Shown: in pieces, positions 44,067-55,434 of the stretch
Layout of the letters: each line of letters starts with the position of its first letter
How positions within the stretch are numbered: position 1 is the first letter of the stretch
From: Tetramitus jugosus
Lineage: Eukaryota; Protista; Heterolobosea
Length of the DNA: 64,000 nt
Assembly (NCBI GenBank): GCA_937625935.1
Contig: OW569376.1
Span: 372,001-436,000, forward strand
Reading direction: 5' to 3'
Notes under the pieces: generated by a model
Databases searched by the model: none
Told to the model about the DNA's origin: nothing
What the model saw: the letters and a program-made list of their open reading frames with translations, nothing else
Translations under genes and position numbers: made by a program

Positions 44067-45653
44067 TTACCATCCGTCAAAGTTGGCATTTTCACCATCC
44101 TTGACTACTTCTGCAAAGGAGTCAATGGCACGTTCAGATGTGAATTCCTCATCAAAGTATCGTGTGTCATCCTCCTTGATATTTGGAATGAATGGAGGTG
44201 GCAATTGCTTGTTGTACATCTTTTCCCAGTCAATGTTACTGAAGAATGGATGTGCTCTAATTTCGGCACCATCCGTTTGACCAGCTCCCAATCTCTTGTG
44301 TTCCTCACGTTCCAACAGCATTCTCAACAGACTCTGAGCCTCCATTGGCACAAAGTTGGGGAACTTTAATGGTGCCTTCAGGATCAACTCGTACATTTCG
44401 TTCAAATTCTCAGAGTAGAATGGTGGGAGACCAACCAACATCTCATACAGCAGAATACCCAAACTCCACCAATCGACAGCCTTTGCGTGACCTTGTCCCT
44501 TCAAGATTTCAGGTGCCAAATATTCTGGTGTTCCACAGAAGGTGTATGTTGGAGTAGCATTGCTAATCGATGTCTTTGCAAGACCAAAATCAGTCAAAAC
44601 GACGTGACCTTCATTGTTGAGCACAACGTTCTCAGGCTTCAAATCTCTGTAAATGATATCATGCTTGTGCAAGTGCTCAATGGCCATCACAATTTCAGCG
44701 CAGTAAAATTTGGCGCGCTCCACACCAAATTTGGTCTCTTCCTTCAAGTGGAAAAACAGTTCACCACCAGACAAAAAGTCCAACACTAGATACAGTTTCT
44801 CTTCAGTTTGGAAGGCATACTTGAGTCCAACGATGAACGGATGTCTCATGTCTTGCAAAATTTGCTTCTCAGACTTGGTGTGAGACACCATGTTCTCCTT
44901 AATAATCATATCCTTTCTCAGAACCTTCATAGCAAAGACCTCTCGTGTTCCCTTGTGTCTCACCTTCATGACCTTACCAAAGCTTCCTCTACCAACGACG
45001 CACAATAGCTCAAAGTCATCCAGAGTGACTCTTGGCGCATTGTCAGACTCATTTCCGAAAATTTGTTTGCTTTCTTGCTTGGCACTGTTGATTTCATTTC
45101 TTGCTTGAATCAATCCTTCCTTGTCATTCTCTGGCTTGTATTCAATCGCCTTTTGAATCTCTCGGATCCAAATTGTGCATTCTTCTTCTGTCTCTGCAGT
45201 CAATTCGTAGACACGGCTCAAATTGGCGCCACGAATTTTGAATGAAAATTTTTTGCCGCCATCTTCTTCAATGGACGCATTGGTCAACACAATGACACCT
45301 GTTGGTCTCTTGTTTGATTGTGCCTTGAAATAATACAAGTGTTTACCTCTCAGTTCAAAGTATCTCTCTAAAATGATCATGTTGTTGATGTCAAATTGAA
45401 AAAAAAAGTTCATGATGGATGATGAATTATCATTTGTGAGAGAGAATGAGAGATGATAATGAAACACAGTTGCAGGAGAGACAAAAAACAACAACAGTTT
45501 GTGAGTCAAATATATTCTACACAAAAAAGTTTGTTCATGCAGATGATGAGATTGTTAATATTGACACATACTTCTATAAGCTTTAACGTGACCTCCCTTC
45601 TTTTTCAGGTATCCTGAATGATCTGGTTTCTCAAAAGGATCTGACATGGTCAT
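44067..45653 (-). CDS. AKT: PH-domain AGC kinase, Akt/PKB-like; exons 45653-45572 and 45367-44067
   Basis: Exon 1 MTMSDPFEKPDHSGYLKKKGGHVKAYR joins K-RYFEL through a GTATGT...TTTTAG intron; kinase motifs GRGSFGKV, YRDLKPEN, DFG, TFCGTPEYLAPE. Confidence 0.9.
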
Positions 45654-46436
45654 TTTTATGATATATTATGTATTTACTTGTTGTTTTTGTTGGTTGTTGT
45701 TGGTTGTTTTGGGGGAGAGAAGAGTTGTTGTTGCGTATGACGTAGTCAAAGAGAGAAAGTGGGGTGTATCACAAAGGAGGTGTTTCGTTTGGGCTGTCGA
45801 AATTTTTTTCGTGTGAGGTAGTTGATGGACCTGCTGTTCGTCCGCTTTCTTTTTCTTGTGCAAAACGTCAACTTTACAAATAAACCGAGTGATAAAGTGA
45901 CATGTGACATATTGGACGTCGCATCCTCATCAACACGGGTTTCGATACAGCAGAGGAAACAGCGACTGGGCATCAAAGCAAGCACGAAAATTGGACAAGG
46001 AATTAAAGGAATATCCTATGATCGTCATCAATCAAAATTGAGTTGAAGGATTGCTCGGGATTCAAAAGATTTTTTTAATGACATAAGAATTGAACAGACT
46101 CAGACATTGGAGATGGAAACTCTTTCCAGATTTGTAGCTCTTTAGAGTGCCAGACCTGATGGAGAAGAGGCAGTTGAGGCAGCAGCCGCAGCAAGTTGCT
46201 TCAATTCAAGTGCTGGACGTGGAGGCTCAACACATGGTGGAATACGGTGAGTTCTGAGGGCGCTCTTGCATCTAATGTTGTGTCTGTTGACAACATACTT
46301 AACTGTATGTGATGGTACAAGTAAGAATTTGGTGAGAAAATTAGAAAAGCGGAGGTGTGAGCAGGGACCAATTGTGAGAATTGCAAGACATTAAAAAAAC
46401 GAGTGCAAAGAACAAAGAGATGGATCAAGATAACAC

Positions 46437-47138
46437 TCAGCACGTCGTAGAATCAAACTTACTTTGAGAGTTCACAATCTTTGGTTCCTTGTGCACATGA
46501 GATCCATAGATACGCTTAGTTGGCAAAATGGTCTGATTCAACAAGACGCGGGCTCTGTGGGCTTCCTTTGCCTCCTCATCGACCCATTCATTGTTGACAA
46601 TATTCTTTCTGTGCTTCATCTTCTTGTTTGGTTCCTTGACGAATTGATCATCTTCTGCAAACTTGATTGCCAAACGTTGTTGTTCAGCATGATTGGTCAA
46701 TGGTTGAGCAACCATGATATATGTTCTATCGTAGACCTCATCCTTGACAAATCGCACCCATCCATCACACAATGCATGCAGTGTAAAGTCCTTTCCTTGA
46801 CCGACATTGTACCCTGGCCAGAATTTGTTTCCTCGTTGACGAACGAGAATGTTGCCTGCTTTGACTCTTTGATTGTCAGCCTTCTTGACACCGAGACGCT
46901 TTGAATGAGAGTCCTTGGTCTTGTTTGTGGAACCTCCAGATTTCTTGGTTGCATGACGCACTTGTGAGTCACCCAATAGTTGAGACCCATTCAGAGATAG
47001 TGAGGCATGATTGACGACAAATGCATTATTGGTTGGGTGAAAAATGGAAGCAGCAGGTGATGCACCAATAAAGGATGCTGAAGCTCTTGGTTGTTTGACT
47101 GCAGCAGTGGTCGTTGCGAATGCGAAGCGTCTCAACAT
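46437..47138 (-). CDS. MRPL27: Mitochondrial ribosomal protein bL27m
   Basis: Presequence MLRRFAFA..., then ATKKSGGST...SKRLGVKK...[26 protein letters not shown]. Confidence 0.93.
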   Translation of the reverse strand: MLRRFAFATTTAAVKQPRASASFIGASPAASIFHPTNNAFVVNHASLSLNGSQLLGDSQVRHATKKSGGSTNKTKDSHSKRLGVKKADNQRVKAGNILVRQRGNKFWPGYNVGQGKDFTLHALCDGWVRFVKDEVYDRTYIMVAQPLTNHAEQQRLAIKFAEDDQFVKEPNKKMKHRKNIVNNEWVDEEAKEAHRARVLLNQTILPTKRIYGSHVHKEPKIVNSQSKFDSTTC

Positions 47139-47467
47139 TGTTTTTTTCTAATCGAGTTGCGTGCGGTTTTTTATTGTCGGTGAAATTTTCTTCACATTTA
47201 CAATTGTGGAGAACTTGTGTATTTAGTTTCTCCATAATGAGCTTCTCATTTCTGCCGTTTGTCGATCAGGTTCCAAGAATTTGTCTTCCCTCCACTAACG
47301 TTAGGCTCTTATCATCTGAGATGAGTGGTTACTCTTAGCTGCCTGTGATACTCCGTGCTTCATTCATTTTTTGCACAGTTCAACCAACATTTTTCACACA
47401 AATAGTTTTCGGTCGAAATTTTTCATTGAAACAAACAACAACAACAACCTACGAAGAGCAGCCCACC

Positions 47468-49276
47468 ATGTCCAAAATTTTATTACCAGGTGTTCCACCT
47501 TCACTATTGGCCCTCATTCAACAAAAAGCTCAAGAAGATGAAGATGATTCCATCAGAGAGATCTACACACCATCCGTTTCATTTGTTCCTCTTCCATTGG
47601 AACCTGTCGGATACGGTTATTTCAATTATACTCGATTGAAGCATGAAAGAGAGCATGGATCAACCAATGATGATGATGAAGCTGAGTTGAGCAAGGAGAC
47701 TACAGGTGCTGATTCTACTGGATTTTCTCATCATGGCTCAAACAGTGCCTCTGCAGTTGCTTTGGCACTCGGAGAAAATTTTTATCAAATTTTGGGTTTC
47801 CCCGCCAATACCAACCCTCACGCCATTACGCATTTACAGATCAAGAAGGCTTATAAGAAGGCTGCATTGAGATGGCATCCTGACAAGTTACCAAACAAGG
47901 ATGATACCATGTTTAAGAAGGTGAATCGTGCTTGGGAAGTGTTGGGATTGAGTAAAACATCAAAAACTCAATATGATTCAAGTTTACCATTCGATGATTC
48001 ATTGCCTGATTACAATGAAAACATGGACAAGTCTGATGAGAAATATACAGTGTTCTTTAAGAAGTTCCAGGAAGCTTTCGATCGTTGGAGTATTCTTGCA
48101 ACGTGTCCAAAGGGAATGATTATGAAATTGGGTGATATTGATTCGAGTAAGAAGCACATGGATGCGTTTTATCATTTTTGGAACATTGTCTTCAAGAGTT
48201 GGAGAGATTTTGGTTATTTGAGCGAGTATGATGAAGCAAATGCCGATAGTCGTGAAGAACGTCGTTGGATGCAGCGTCAAAACGAGAAGATGAACACCAC
48301 AAAGAAGAAGGAAGAACGTGAAAAGATTAAGGCTCTCATTGCTGCCTGTAAGAAGTTTGATCCAAGAGTTAAGAAGTTTGCAAAGGAAGAAGCTGAACAA
48401 CGTGAAAAGTTGAGAATTCAAAAGGAACAAGAAGCATTAGAAAAGGAAAGACTCCGTAGATTGAAGGAAGAGGAAGAGCAATTGGAGAAGGAGAGAGTCG
48501 AAAGAGAGCGAGTGGAAGAAGAGAAGAGAATTCAACGTGAGAAGCAAAAGATTCGTTCAGAATTTGTTGCACTGCAGAAGCAATTTAGACAATTGTGTCA
48601 ACCGTTTGTGTCCTTGGGTATGGGAAAGAAGAAGGAGGGCACCATTCCTGCTGAAGATGTCGAGTTTGTCGTTGCCAGATTAAAGACTGCTGAAGAAGTC
48701 ACGAACGTTCTTGGAAAGTTGAACGATTTACCACAGGACAAGTTTGTGTCAAACTTTGAAAAGTGTTTGAAGGCACTCAAGAAAAGAGAGGAAGATGAGT
48801 CAAAGGAACGACAACAACAGTTGGACACTTTGAGCAACAAGCAACAACAACAACAAGAGGAGAAGGAATGGGGTCAAGAGGAATTGGTTCTATTGACAAA
48901 GGCTATTGTGAAGTTCCCAGGTGGTACTCTCGAAAGATGGAAGCGTGTTGCTGAATTCGTCGGCACCCGTACTCCAGATGAAGTACAAAAGATGACTGGT
49001 GATATTAAGAAGGGAAAGATCAATGCTGGAAGATTAATCGGACAAAAGAAGAAGGAAATTACCATCACAGACAATAAGGAAGTTCCTTTGAGAGAATGGA
49101 CCAAGGAAGAGCAGAAAGCATTCGAGGATGCCCTAAGAAAGCACAAGGCACTCAAGGGAGATGACAAGTGGCAAGCAATTGCTGACGAACTCAAGGACAG
49201 ATCATTGCAAGAATGCAAGGATCGTTTCGAATGGTGCAAGGAGATGGCAAAGAAGAAGGTTGCTGCCAAGAAATAA
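47468..49276 (+). CDS. DNAJC2: Zuotin-like J-protein with two SANT domains (ribosome-associated complex)
   Basis: LEPVG, J-domain WHPDK, FKSWRDF...ADSREERRWMQRQN, DPR, SANT repeats (KFPGGTLERW, WTKEEQKAFEDAL). Confidence 0.93.
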   Translation: MSKILLPGVPPSLLALIQQKAQEDEDDSIREIYTPSVSFVPLPLEPVGYGYFNYTRLKHEREHGSTNDDDEAELSKETTGADSTGFSHHGSNSASAVALALGENFYQILGFPANTNPHAITHLQIKKAYKKAALRWHPDKLPNKDDTMFKKVNRAWEVLGLSKTSKTQYDSSLPFDDSLPDYNENMDKSDEKYTVFFKKFQEAFDRWSILATCPKGMIMKLGDIDSSKKHMDAFYHFWNIVFKSWRDFGYLSEYDEANADSREERRWMQRQNEKMNTTKKKEEREKIKALIAACKKFDPRVKKFAKEEAEQREKLRIQKEQEALEKERLRRLKEEEEQLEKERVERERVEEEKRIQREKQKIRSEFVALQKQFRQLCQPFVSLGMGKKKEGTIPAEDVEFVVARLKTAEEVTNVLGKLNDLPQDKFVSNFEKCLKALKKREEDESKERQQQLDTLSNKQQQQQEEKEWGQEELVLLTKAIVKFPGGTLERWKRVAEFVGTRTPDEVQKMTGDIKKGKINAGRLIGQKKKEITITDNKEVPLREWTKEEQKAFEDALRKHKALKGDDKWQAIADELKDRSLQECKDRFEWCKEMAKKKVAAKK

Positions 49277-49427
49277 ACTCGCAGATGGACTGATCAGTTT
49301 TGTTATCGTAGTTTTTACAAATCTCCGACGTGACAGGAGACACAAAGAATCGTTACATTATTTTTATTCGCCCAGAGTCGACTCTGATTTGAACTGAAAT
49401 TCCATCTCTCCTACAACTAAACAAAAC

Positions 49428-52400
49428 ATGTTCAGTCGACTCTTATACCGGTTCCCACTCTCGGACCTATTCAATAACCTCTCGGGTCATGCTTTATTCA
49501 GCCCGAGTATCGATCTGGAACACTCGAGTGAAGATTTTCTCTATGTTGCCTCACAACACGATCACGATGATGAGGAGTGTTGCATACAATCCATCACGAC
49601 TGAAATTTATGATCGAAAACCATCCGAGCACTCTTTTGACGATTCTCATCATTATCATGACCAAACCGCCTCAATGCACATGAGTTCAGTTGATTTCGAT
49701 AGTATTCAGATTGGTGATCCCGTTTTTCGGTCAACCTCGATGTTCATTTCTGATAATGGCGAAACAACAATGTATTCTGATCTGAACCATGAGAAACAAA
49801 CGACAACGACGAATATTGATGAATACATGGAACAAAGAGACATTGATAACGAACACAAAATTCATCAATTGTTTAATGAAATTGTGTCACAAAGAAGAAC
49901 GAACAAGGGAGACAATGTTGATTGCTTGTTGAACGAAAATAGAGAATGTTTGAGTATTAGAGAAAAACAATTAACCATTTATTTAAACGAGGTTGCTAAG
50001 AAGCATTCTACGAGTGGTTATCACTTCCGCAGCCGAATGAACTGCGCTCTTCATTTTTATCAATTTTTGCAGAGTGTGACAGGTGATGCGCGGAATCTCC
50101 TTCACGGTCTGGAAAATCACAGAGAAAAAGAATGTTCAAAGAAGGTTCTTTTGTGTGAACTGAAGAGTTTATCTGTATTTCTAAGGTCCAGCGAATTGGA
50201 TGATGTGGAGCAATTCATAAACGGTGACGATACCGTTGTCATGCTCTCTAGTTTGCTCGTGCGGTCACGACATCAATATCTCATGTCCAAATCATTGGTC
50301 GACTTGGAGATTGTACTGCAAGTGATCATGTGCTTTGAAGCTTTGATGGATATTAAAAAGGGAGTGGACAGAGTGTTAGAAACACAAGGCGTTATTGAGT
50401 TTATGGTGTTGATGTTAGACTTTACAAGAATTGGTTATTCAAGTGATTGTGAGACAACGACTAGGAACGTAGGATTCATGACAGTGCTCGATAGCGCGCA
50501 TTCATTATGTAATAAGCCTTCTCTTTTGTCTGAGACAGGCATGACAAGAGCTAGAGAGATCTATCGTTTGTCTTGTTTGCGCATCTTGTTCATTGCTCGT
50601 ATCATTTGTTCTCACTCGAAATTCGGATTCACAACGGTGGTAGAAGCAATGAACCAGTACAAGTTGTTCAATAGAGAGAAGCACAGATTTGAACAGATGG
50701 TTGAATCGATTGAATACGCTCTTGATTTAGAGTATCAAACATCCTGTATAGCATTAGTCAACGCATTGATCTATTCCACTGATGACTATACCAACAGAAG
50801 TGTCATGTACCACGAGTTCTCCAATCTAGGGCTGAGCCAAATTTGTCAAGCCAAGTGCACTCAATCGCTTAGTGATGTCCAATTACACCAATTCCAAAGA
50901 TACTTACGCTTCGAGAACAAGGAATCGAACTCTCTTAGTTTATCCTCGGATAATGAAGAAAGTAATGATGAGAAAAAGAGTGACTACGAGAGCGAAGTAT
51001 TCTCTCAATGGACCGCTTTAAATGATCCATCAGATATCATCTCGTTCTTGCAGCTGCGGTTAAACAAGCATACAGAGGCGCACACTAGCTTTACGAACAT
51101 CTTAAAGTTCTTAGTGCTTGTGACACTTAAAGATCTGAACAAAAATCTGGACAGAGACTGGAGAGTGATAGAATTAACTCTGTCGCATATGCTACACATT
51201 CATCAAAGAGAAATGGGCACAAGTGGTGTGACTGCCAAAGAAATTCATTTGGAGAACGTATTACAAGAGAAGGAACACTTTATTTTCGCTTGTTCAAGAG
51301 CTTTAAGAAAGATTTTAGATGGCAAGTTTCACAACATGTCGTTAGAGTCAAGTGAGTATGGTAACAACCCATCCAACAGGAAGCTCATTCAGTTGTTAGT
51401 CGAATTGAGCGAGAAAATGAAAGGATATCGGACTGGATCATTCAGGCCAATCGGTAGTTCATCCTGTAGCCAAGGGGGTGTCAAGAGAGCCGAAATTTCT
51501 CCAGCAGTCGAGGGGACAATGCGGCCTCAATCTGTTCCTGAAGAACCAAAAACTCCAGTGAGTCCTCAGTCTGTTTCACCAAGTGAACCTACTCAGTGCA
51601 CTCCCAAGAAAGTAGTTGTACCACCCATCATTGGAATATCTTCGATGGGACCACCTCCTCCACCTCCTCCAAGCTTTGGTCTTGGTAACAGGAACAAACT
51701 ACCCACACTACCCGAACTCAAGACAAAAATTGAAACGAAGAGGGTATATGTAGGAAGTGACTCGATGACGAATAGTATGGTCACGAAAACAGAGTGGATA
51801 TCAATGATTAAGGAATACGCTTCTGAACTTGCTGAGACAATCAATGTGACACATATTGAAACATTGTTTGCAAAGAAGCAGTATGTGACTCCGAGACTGA
51901 GACAGAGCGATCAACCAATTCAAGTTTCCTTCCTGGAAGAATCAGCATCATATCGGATCAATCTGATGATGGGTTATCTTCGCTTATCAAGAGACAAAAT
52001 TAAGAGCCTCATTGTTCGAATGGATGATGTGACACTAGGGAAACAATCCATTGAAACTCTGAGAGACATTTACCCAGATGAAGCCAAAATGGTTGAGTTC
52101 ATGTCGTTTGTTGAGCAAAACAGGAACAATATGACTGATGCTGATTCGCTGCTTTGGTCGCTGAGCTCCATACCAAGAATCAAGCATCGTTTGTACTGCT
52201 GGACTACTTGCTTGGAGTTTGAGCACAAGATTGAAACCATTGCTCCTGGATTGAATCATTTGATTACAGCATGTCAACAGATTTCCTCCAGTGTACACTT
52301 GAAAAAGTTGCTTGTACTCGTCCTGGACCTAGTGAATCTTATCAACAATGGTTCAAAACCAATATATGGCTTCAAACTTAATTTCCTTTCAAAACTGGAG

Positions 52401-52964
52401 GATATCAAGAGCTCAGATAACACAACAAACTTTTTGAGCTGCATCGCTCAAATTTGTACAAATGAGATGCCAGACCTTATTCAAGAACTTGTCTCTGGAT
52501 TGTCAAGCATGGAACCAGCCTCAAAAATAGAGCTTTCTGAATTAAAGAAAGAGTATAAGAAGCTGGATAGTGACTTGCAGTTTGTGAATTCGGAGCTCGA
52601 ATTACATGAACACAAGTACCAAAACTATGGGGATGTTGTATTCCTACAAACAATGAGAAATTTCCAGATGAACGCGGAGAGCAAGCTTGCTGAATGCAAA
52701 TCTCTCATTGAAAAGTTTGAGAGTGATGCTCTCGTGTTGAAAGACATGTACGGAGAGGCCCAAAAGGAAGTACTCGAGCAACCACATTTAATCTTCTCTG
52801 CCATGAGCGAATTCTTAACAAAGTTGACCACAAGGGCAAAGAACAATCAGACTCTTGCTGCATTGGTCAGTGCGATCAAGGATGGCAACATTGTTGACAA
52901 GATTAAACTGCAACGAAGCACTCATAGCTCATCGCTAGATGGCATTGCATTAGAGGGTAAATAA
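49428..52964 (+). CDS. Formin (GBD/FH3, short FH1, FH2), divergent
   Basis: FH3-like EKHRFEQMV...YQTSCIALVNALI; poly-Pro PPPPPPP; FH2 IETLFAKK, IPRIKHRL, YGFKLNFLSKLEDIKS, MYGE. Confidence 0.88.
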   Translation: MFSRLLYRFPLSDLFNNLSGHALFSPSIDLEHSSEDFLYVASQHDHDDEECCIQSITTEIYDRKPSEHSFDDSHHYHDQTASMHMSSVDFDSIQIGDPVFRSTSMFISDNGETTMYSDLNHEKQTTTTNIDEYMEQRDIDNEHKIHQLFNEIVSQRRTNKGDNVDCLLNENRECLSIREKQLTIYLNEVAKKHSTSGYHFRSRMNCALHFYQFLQSVTGDARNLLHGLENHREKECSKKVLLCELKSLSVFLRSSELDDVEQFINGDDTVVMLSSLLVRSRHQYLMSKSLVDLEIVLQVIMCFEALMDIKKGVDRVLETQGVIEFMVLMLDFTRIGYSSDCETTTRNVGFMTVLDSAHSLCNKPSLLSETGMTRAREIYRLSCLRILFIARIICSHSKFGFTTVVEAMNQYKLFNREKHRFEQMVESIEYALDLEYQTSCIALVNALIYSTDDYTNRSVMYHEFSNLGLSQICQAKCTQSLSDVQLHQFQRYLRFENKESNSLSLSSDNEESNDEKKSDYESEVFSQWTALNDPSDIISFLQLRLNKHTEAHTSFTNILKFLVLVTLKDLNKNLDRDWRVIELTLSHMLHIHQREMGTSGVTAKEIHLENVLQEKEHFIFACSRALRKILDGKFHNMSLESSEYGNNPSNRKLIQLLVELSEKMKGYRTGSFRPIGSSSCSQGGVKRAEISPAVEGTMRPQSVPEEPKTPVSPQSVSPSEPTQCTPKKVVVPPIIGISSMGPPPPPPPSFGLGNRNKLPTLPELKTKIETKRVYVGSDSMTNSMVTKTEWISMIKEYASELAETINVTHIETLFAKKQYVTPRLRQSDQPIQVSFLEESASYRINLMMGYLRLSRDKIKSLIVRMDDVTLGKQSIETLRDIYPDEAKMVEFMSFVEQNRNNMTDADSLLWSLSSIPRIKHRLYCWTTCLEFEHKIETIAPGLNHLITACQQISSSVHLKKLLVLVLDLVNLINNGSKPIYGFKLNFLSKLEDIKSSDNTTNFLSCIAQICTNEMPDLIQELVSGLSSMEPASKIELSELKKEYKKLDSDLQFVNSELELHEHKYQNYGDVVFLQTMRNFQMNAESKLAECKSLIEKFESDALVLKDMYGEAQKEVLEQPHLIFSAMSEFLTKLTTRAKNNQTLAALVSAIKDGNIVDKIKLQRSTHSSSLDGIALEGK

Positions 52965-53100
52965 GGAATTTATTCTTCAATGCTAATAAAACTTCGAGCT
53001 GTTTTATCATCTTTCATTGATGTCAAGTATTGTACAAGCTCTTCATGATAAACTCATCTGCACAGTATGATAGTATCTCTGGTTTTTGGTGAACACATCT

Positions 53101-53922
53101 TCAATTCACTTTAGTGTTTTCCGAGGTAATGGACATCAAGTACTTGGTGCCGTTGAACAAGGAGAAGAAGAGAAGAACAGCCGAAGCTCCCACTAAACTC
53201 TCCACATTGAACCACTTCGAGATGAGAATTGTAACGACGTATCCCTCAGCAATTGCGGCCAACATCAAGTAGAGACCTAGACACAACCTCGACTGAAGTA
53301 ATTGACCAGCAAACGCCAAGAATATACCAATCATAGCCATCACAACAATCATCAATGGAGGATGCTTGTTACTAGGAACAAACAAGAGATAAAACAACAA
53401 AACACCGAGAATACCAATCACACTCACCGAGAACTGATTCAATAGTTTTTGAAGGGACCGAAAGACAACATCACCCGAGTCATCATATGTAATATTGTTG
53501 TTGTTTGGACCACTTGATTGGTGAACAGGGGACATTGATGGATGAGCTTCGGGACCAGTACTACTATTGGATGGCACTTGATTCATGAACCATATGTTAC
53601 TGGCCATTTCATAGTTTTGTTGAGTTGGGATATACTGTGCATGTTGCAATTCACACTCCGAGTCACTGCCCCTGTCATCCTTGGTGCTTATAGGGTTGGC
53701 ATGGTTGTTTAACTGGTCACTCATTAAAACACTGTACTTGTATTCGTGGTAATGATTATTCTTCTTCATCGATGTATGGGTGGTGGGCTGGAGCTCTTGG
53801 TTCATAGAACTAGACCTACTTCTGCTGTTGGTTTCAATTTCAATGAGGTTGCTTGACGTCGAGCTCGCAACTTCGTGTTGTGGTGGAGAAAGCTCCGAGG
53901 AAGACGTGTGATAGTAGGACAT
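53101..53922 (-). CDS. Membrane protein with four C-terminal TM helices (faint Bax-inhibitor/TMBIM-like resemblance)
   Basis: Probable ATG at 53922 (MSYYH); disordered N-terminus, then four hydrophobic segments (LGLYLMLAAIAEGYVV). Confidence 0.65.
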   Translation of the reverse strand: MSYYHTSSSELSPPQHEVASSTSSNLIEIETNSRSRSSSMNQELQPTTHTSMKKNNHYHEYKYSVLMSDQLNNHANPISTKDDRGSDSECELQHAQYIPTQQNYEMASNIWFMNQVPSNSSTGPEAHPSMSPVHQSSGPNNNNITYDDSGDVVFRSLQKLLNQFSVSVIGILGVLLFYLLFVPSNKHPPLMIVVMAMIGIFLAFAGQLLQSRLCLGLYLMLAAIAEGYVVTILISKWFNVESLVGASAVLLFFSLFNGTKYLMSITSENTKVN

Positions 53923-54255
53923 TTTCTGGTCAATCGTTGTGTGTGGCACGTTTGTTGTTTGGATCTGCGCCTAACTGTAGCTGCTGTTATGGTTTGTCAG
54001 AAAGGCACGTAATGTACCTGTCCCCAGATCCCTTGAAATAAGATAGATGGAACCCTCGACACGTGCCTCAGGTATTCTCCGAAACTTCAGTCACGTGTTC
54101 TTTGCGCTGACCTAGTTATTCCGAGCAATTACGGACTGTAAAATTTTTGGGTCAGTCGGGATCGAATGGGCCTTTTTTAGATTTTCGCGGGTTTCGAGTT
54201 GAGGAGAAAATGAAAAGGCACTCAGATCGTGAATACAAACAGAAGAAATAATCAC

Positions 54256-55317
54256 ATGAGGTTCGTTTTCATGAATAATGATCAAGGGAATGAAGTTTCG
54301 TCAAAGAGTGGAGGCGAAGGCACTATGGAAGAGGAAGGAATGACCAGGAGACACACAGCGACTTTACTCAAGTCCACTGAACCCCCTATCAATAATGACA
54401 AACCGAAATTGAAATATTTCCGATTGGGTCCATTGTATCGCAATTCTTTTCATACGAGGATGCGCAAGTGTTCACTGTGGATTGTTGCAATGGGATCCAT
54501 GCTTGCTATGACACTCTGCTTTTCGGCTCTCCTCGTGCTCTCTAAGATAGTTGGTTCCTTGGCGTCTGATCACAGCTATACTTTTCCTGAGGAACACTAC
54601 CATGTGACACTCTATATTGTCAATACTTTGTCCTTTGTGATGTTGATGTTAGTGAGTTTACCTCTCTCGCACTTCATGTCGAATCAGGCCATCAAGTATG
54701 AGGATGATACTCATAAAAGAGTAATTGAGATGACAACCCAACCCAAGCGAGAAACTTCAACAAGCACAGAATTGGATGATGAAGATGAACTGAGGTACAA
54801 AGGCACTGAAGCACCAATAGGTCAATATTGCAGTACGGTAGAGCCAGGCCAACAAGAAATGGAAGATCATTTTGGGCTACTTCATGATCAACCCGGAAAG
54901 AATCAAGCTTCGTTCTTTGGCGGTATGAGAAATACAACAAAAAATCTGATGAATTATTTGCAGAGGAACACTCTTTGGATATGGATGGACATGTATCTCA
55001 TTTTTCTCTGGCTTGTTTCGGGCTGGTACACGATTTCCATGTTCTATGTCTGGAGAGATTTAGACTATTGGGACTTTGTGGTCAGTGGCACGTGCTCCAC
55101 TCTCATGTCCCACGTATCTCAATGTTCCTACGTTCGGTATGCATTCATAGTCATGGTCTCCTCCAGTGTATGTGGGTTGCTTCTCTCATTTCTGTTGATT
55201 GCCCTGCAAGTGTCAGCAATGAGTCACATTGGATCCGTGAAGCTGGCCTCCAAATTACAATCATTTCAGTCACTGAAAATTCACACGTGCAGAAGAAGGA
55301 CGTCCGTCACATCTTAA
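54256..55317 (+). CDS. Four-TM membrane protein, probable distant paralogue of 42131-43540
   Basis: Shared layout: AIKYEDDT vs ALKHENT after TM2; SGTC..C.YVRYAFIVMVSSSV vs TGLC..C.RVKNGFGFIMASSI. Confidence 0.72.
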   Translation: MRFVFMNNDQGNEVSSKSGGEGTMEEEGMTRRHTATLLKSTEPPINNDKPKLKYFRLGPLYRNSFHTRMRKCSLWIVAMGSMLAMTLCFSALLVLSKIVGSLASDHSYTFPEEHYHVTLYIVNTLSFVMLMLVSLPLSHFMSNQAIKYEDDTHKRVIEMTTQPKRETSTSTELDDEDELRYKGTEAPIGQYCSTVEPGQQEMEDHFGLLHDQPGKNQASFFGGMRNTTKNLMNYLQRNTLWIWMDMYLIFLWLVSGWYTISMFYVWRDLDYWDFVVSGTCSTLMSHVSQCSYVRYAFIVMVSSSVCGLLLSFLLIALQVSAMSHIGSVKLASKLQSFQSLKIHTCRRRTSVTS

Positions 55318-55434
55318 ATTATTGTCCGGCGGAGGATCAACAATGAGTATTCCTGGTTTGTGAGCAGCAGGGTCGTTCCATCGAATTTGAAAAATCAGAA
55401 AAAAGCGAAACAGAACATCCAATCAACTAGATTA

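Noticed and set aside
47203-47238. Hairpin ATTGTGGAGAA...TTCTCCATAAT between MRPL27 and DNAJC2
   Set aside because: Single AT-rich stem with no ncRNA box motifs; plausible by chance.
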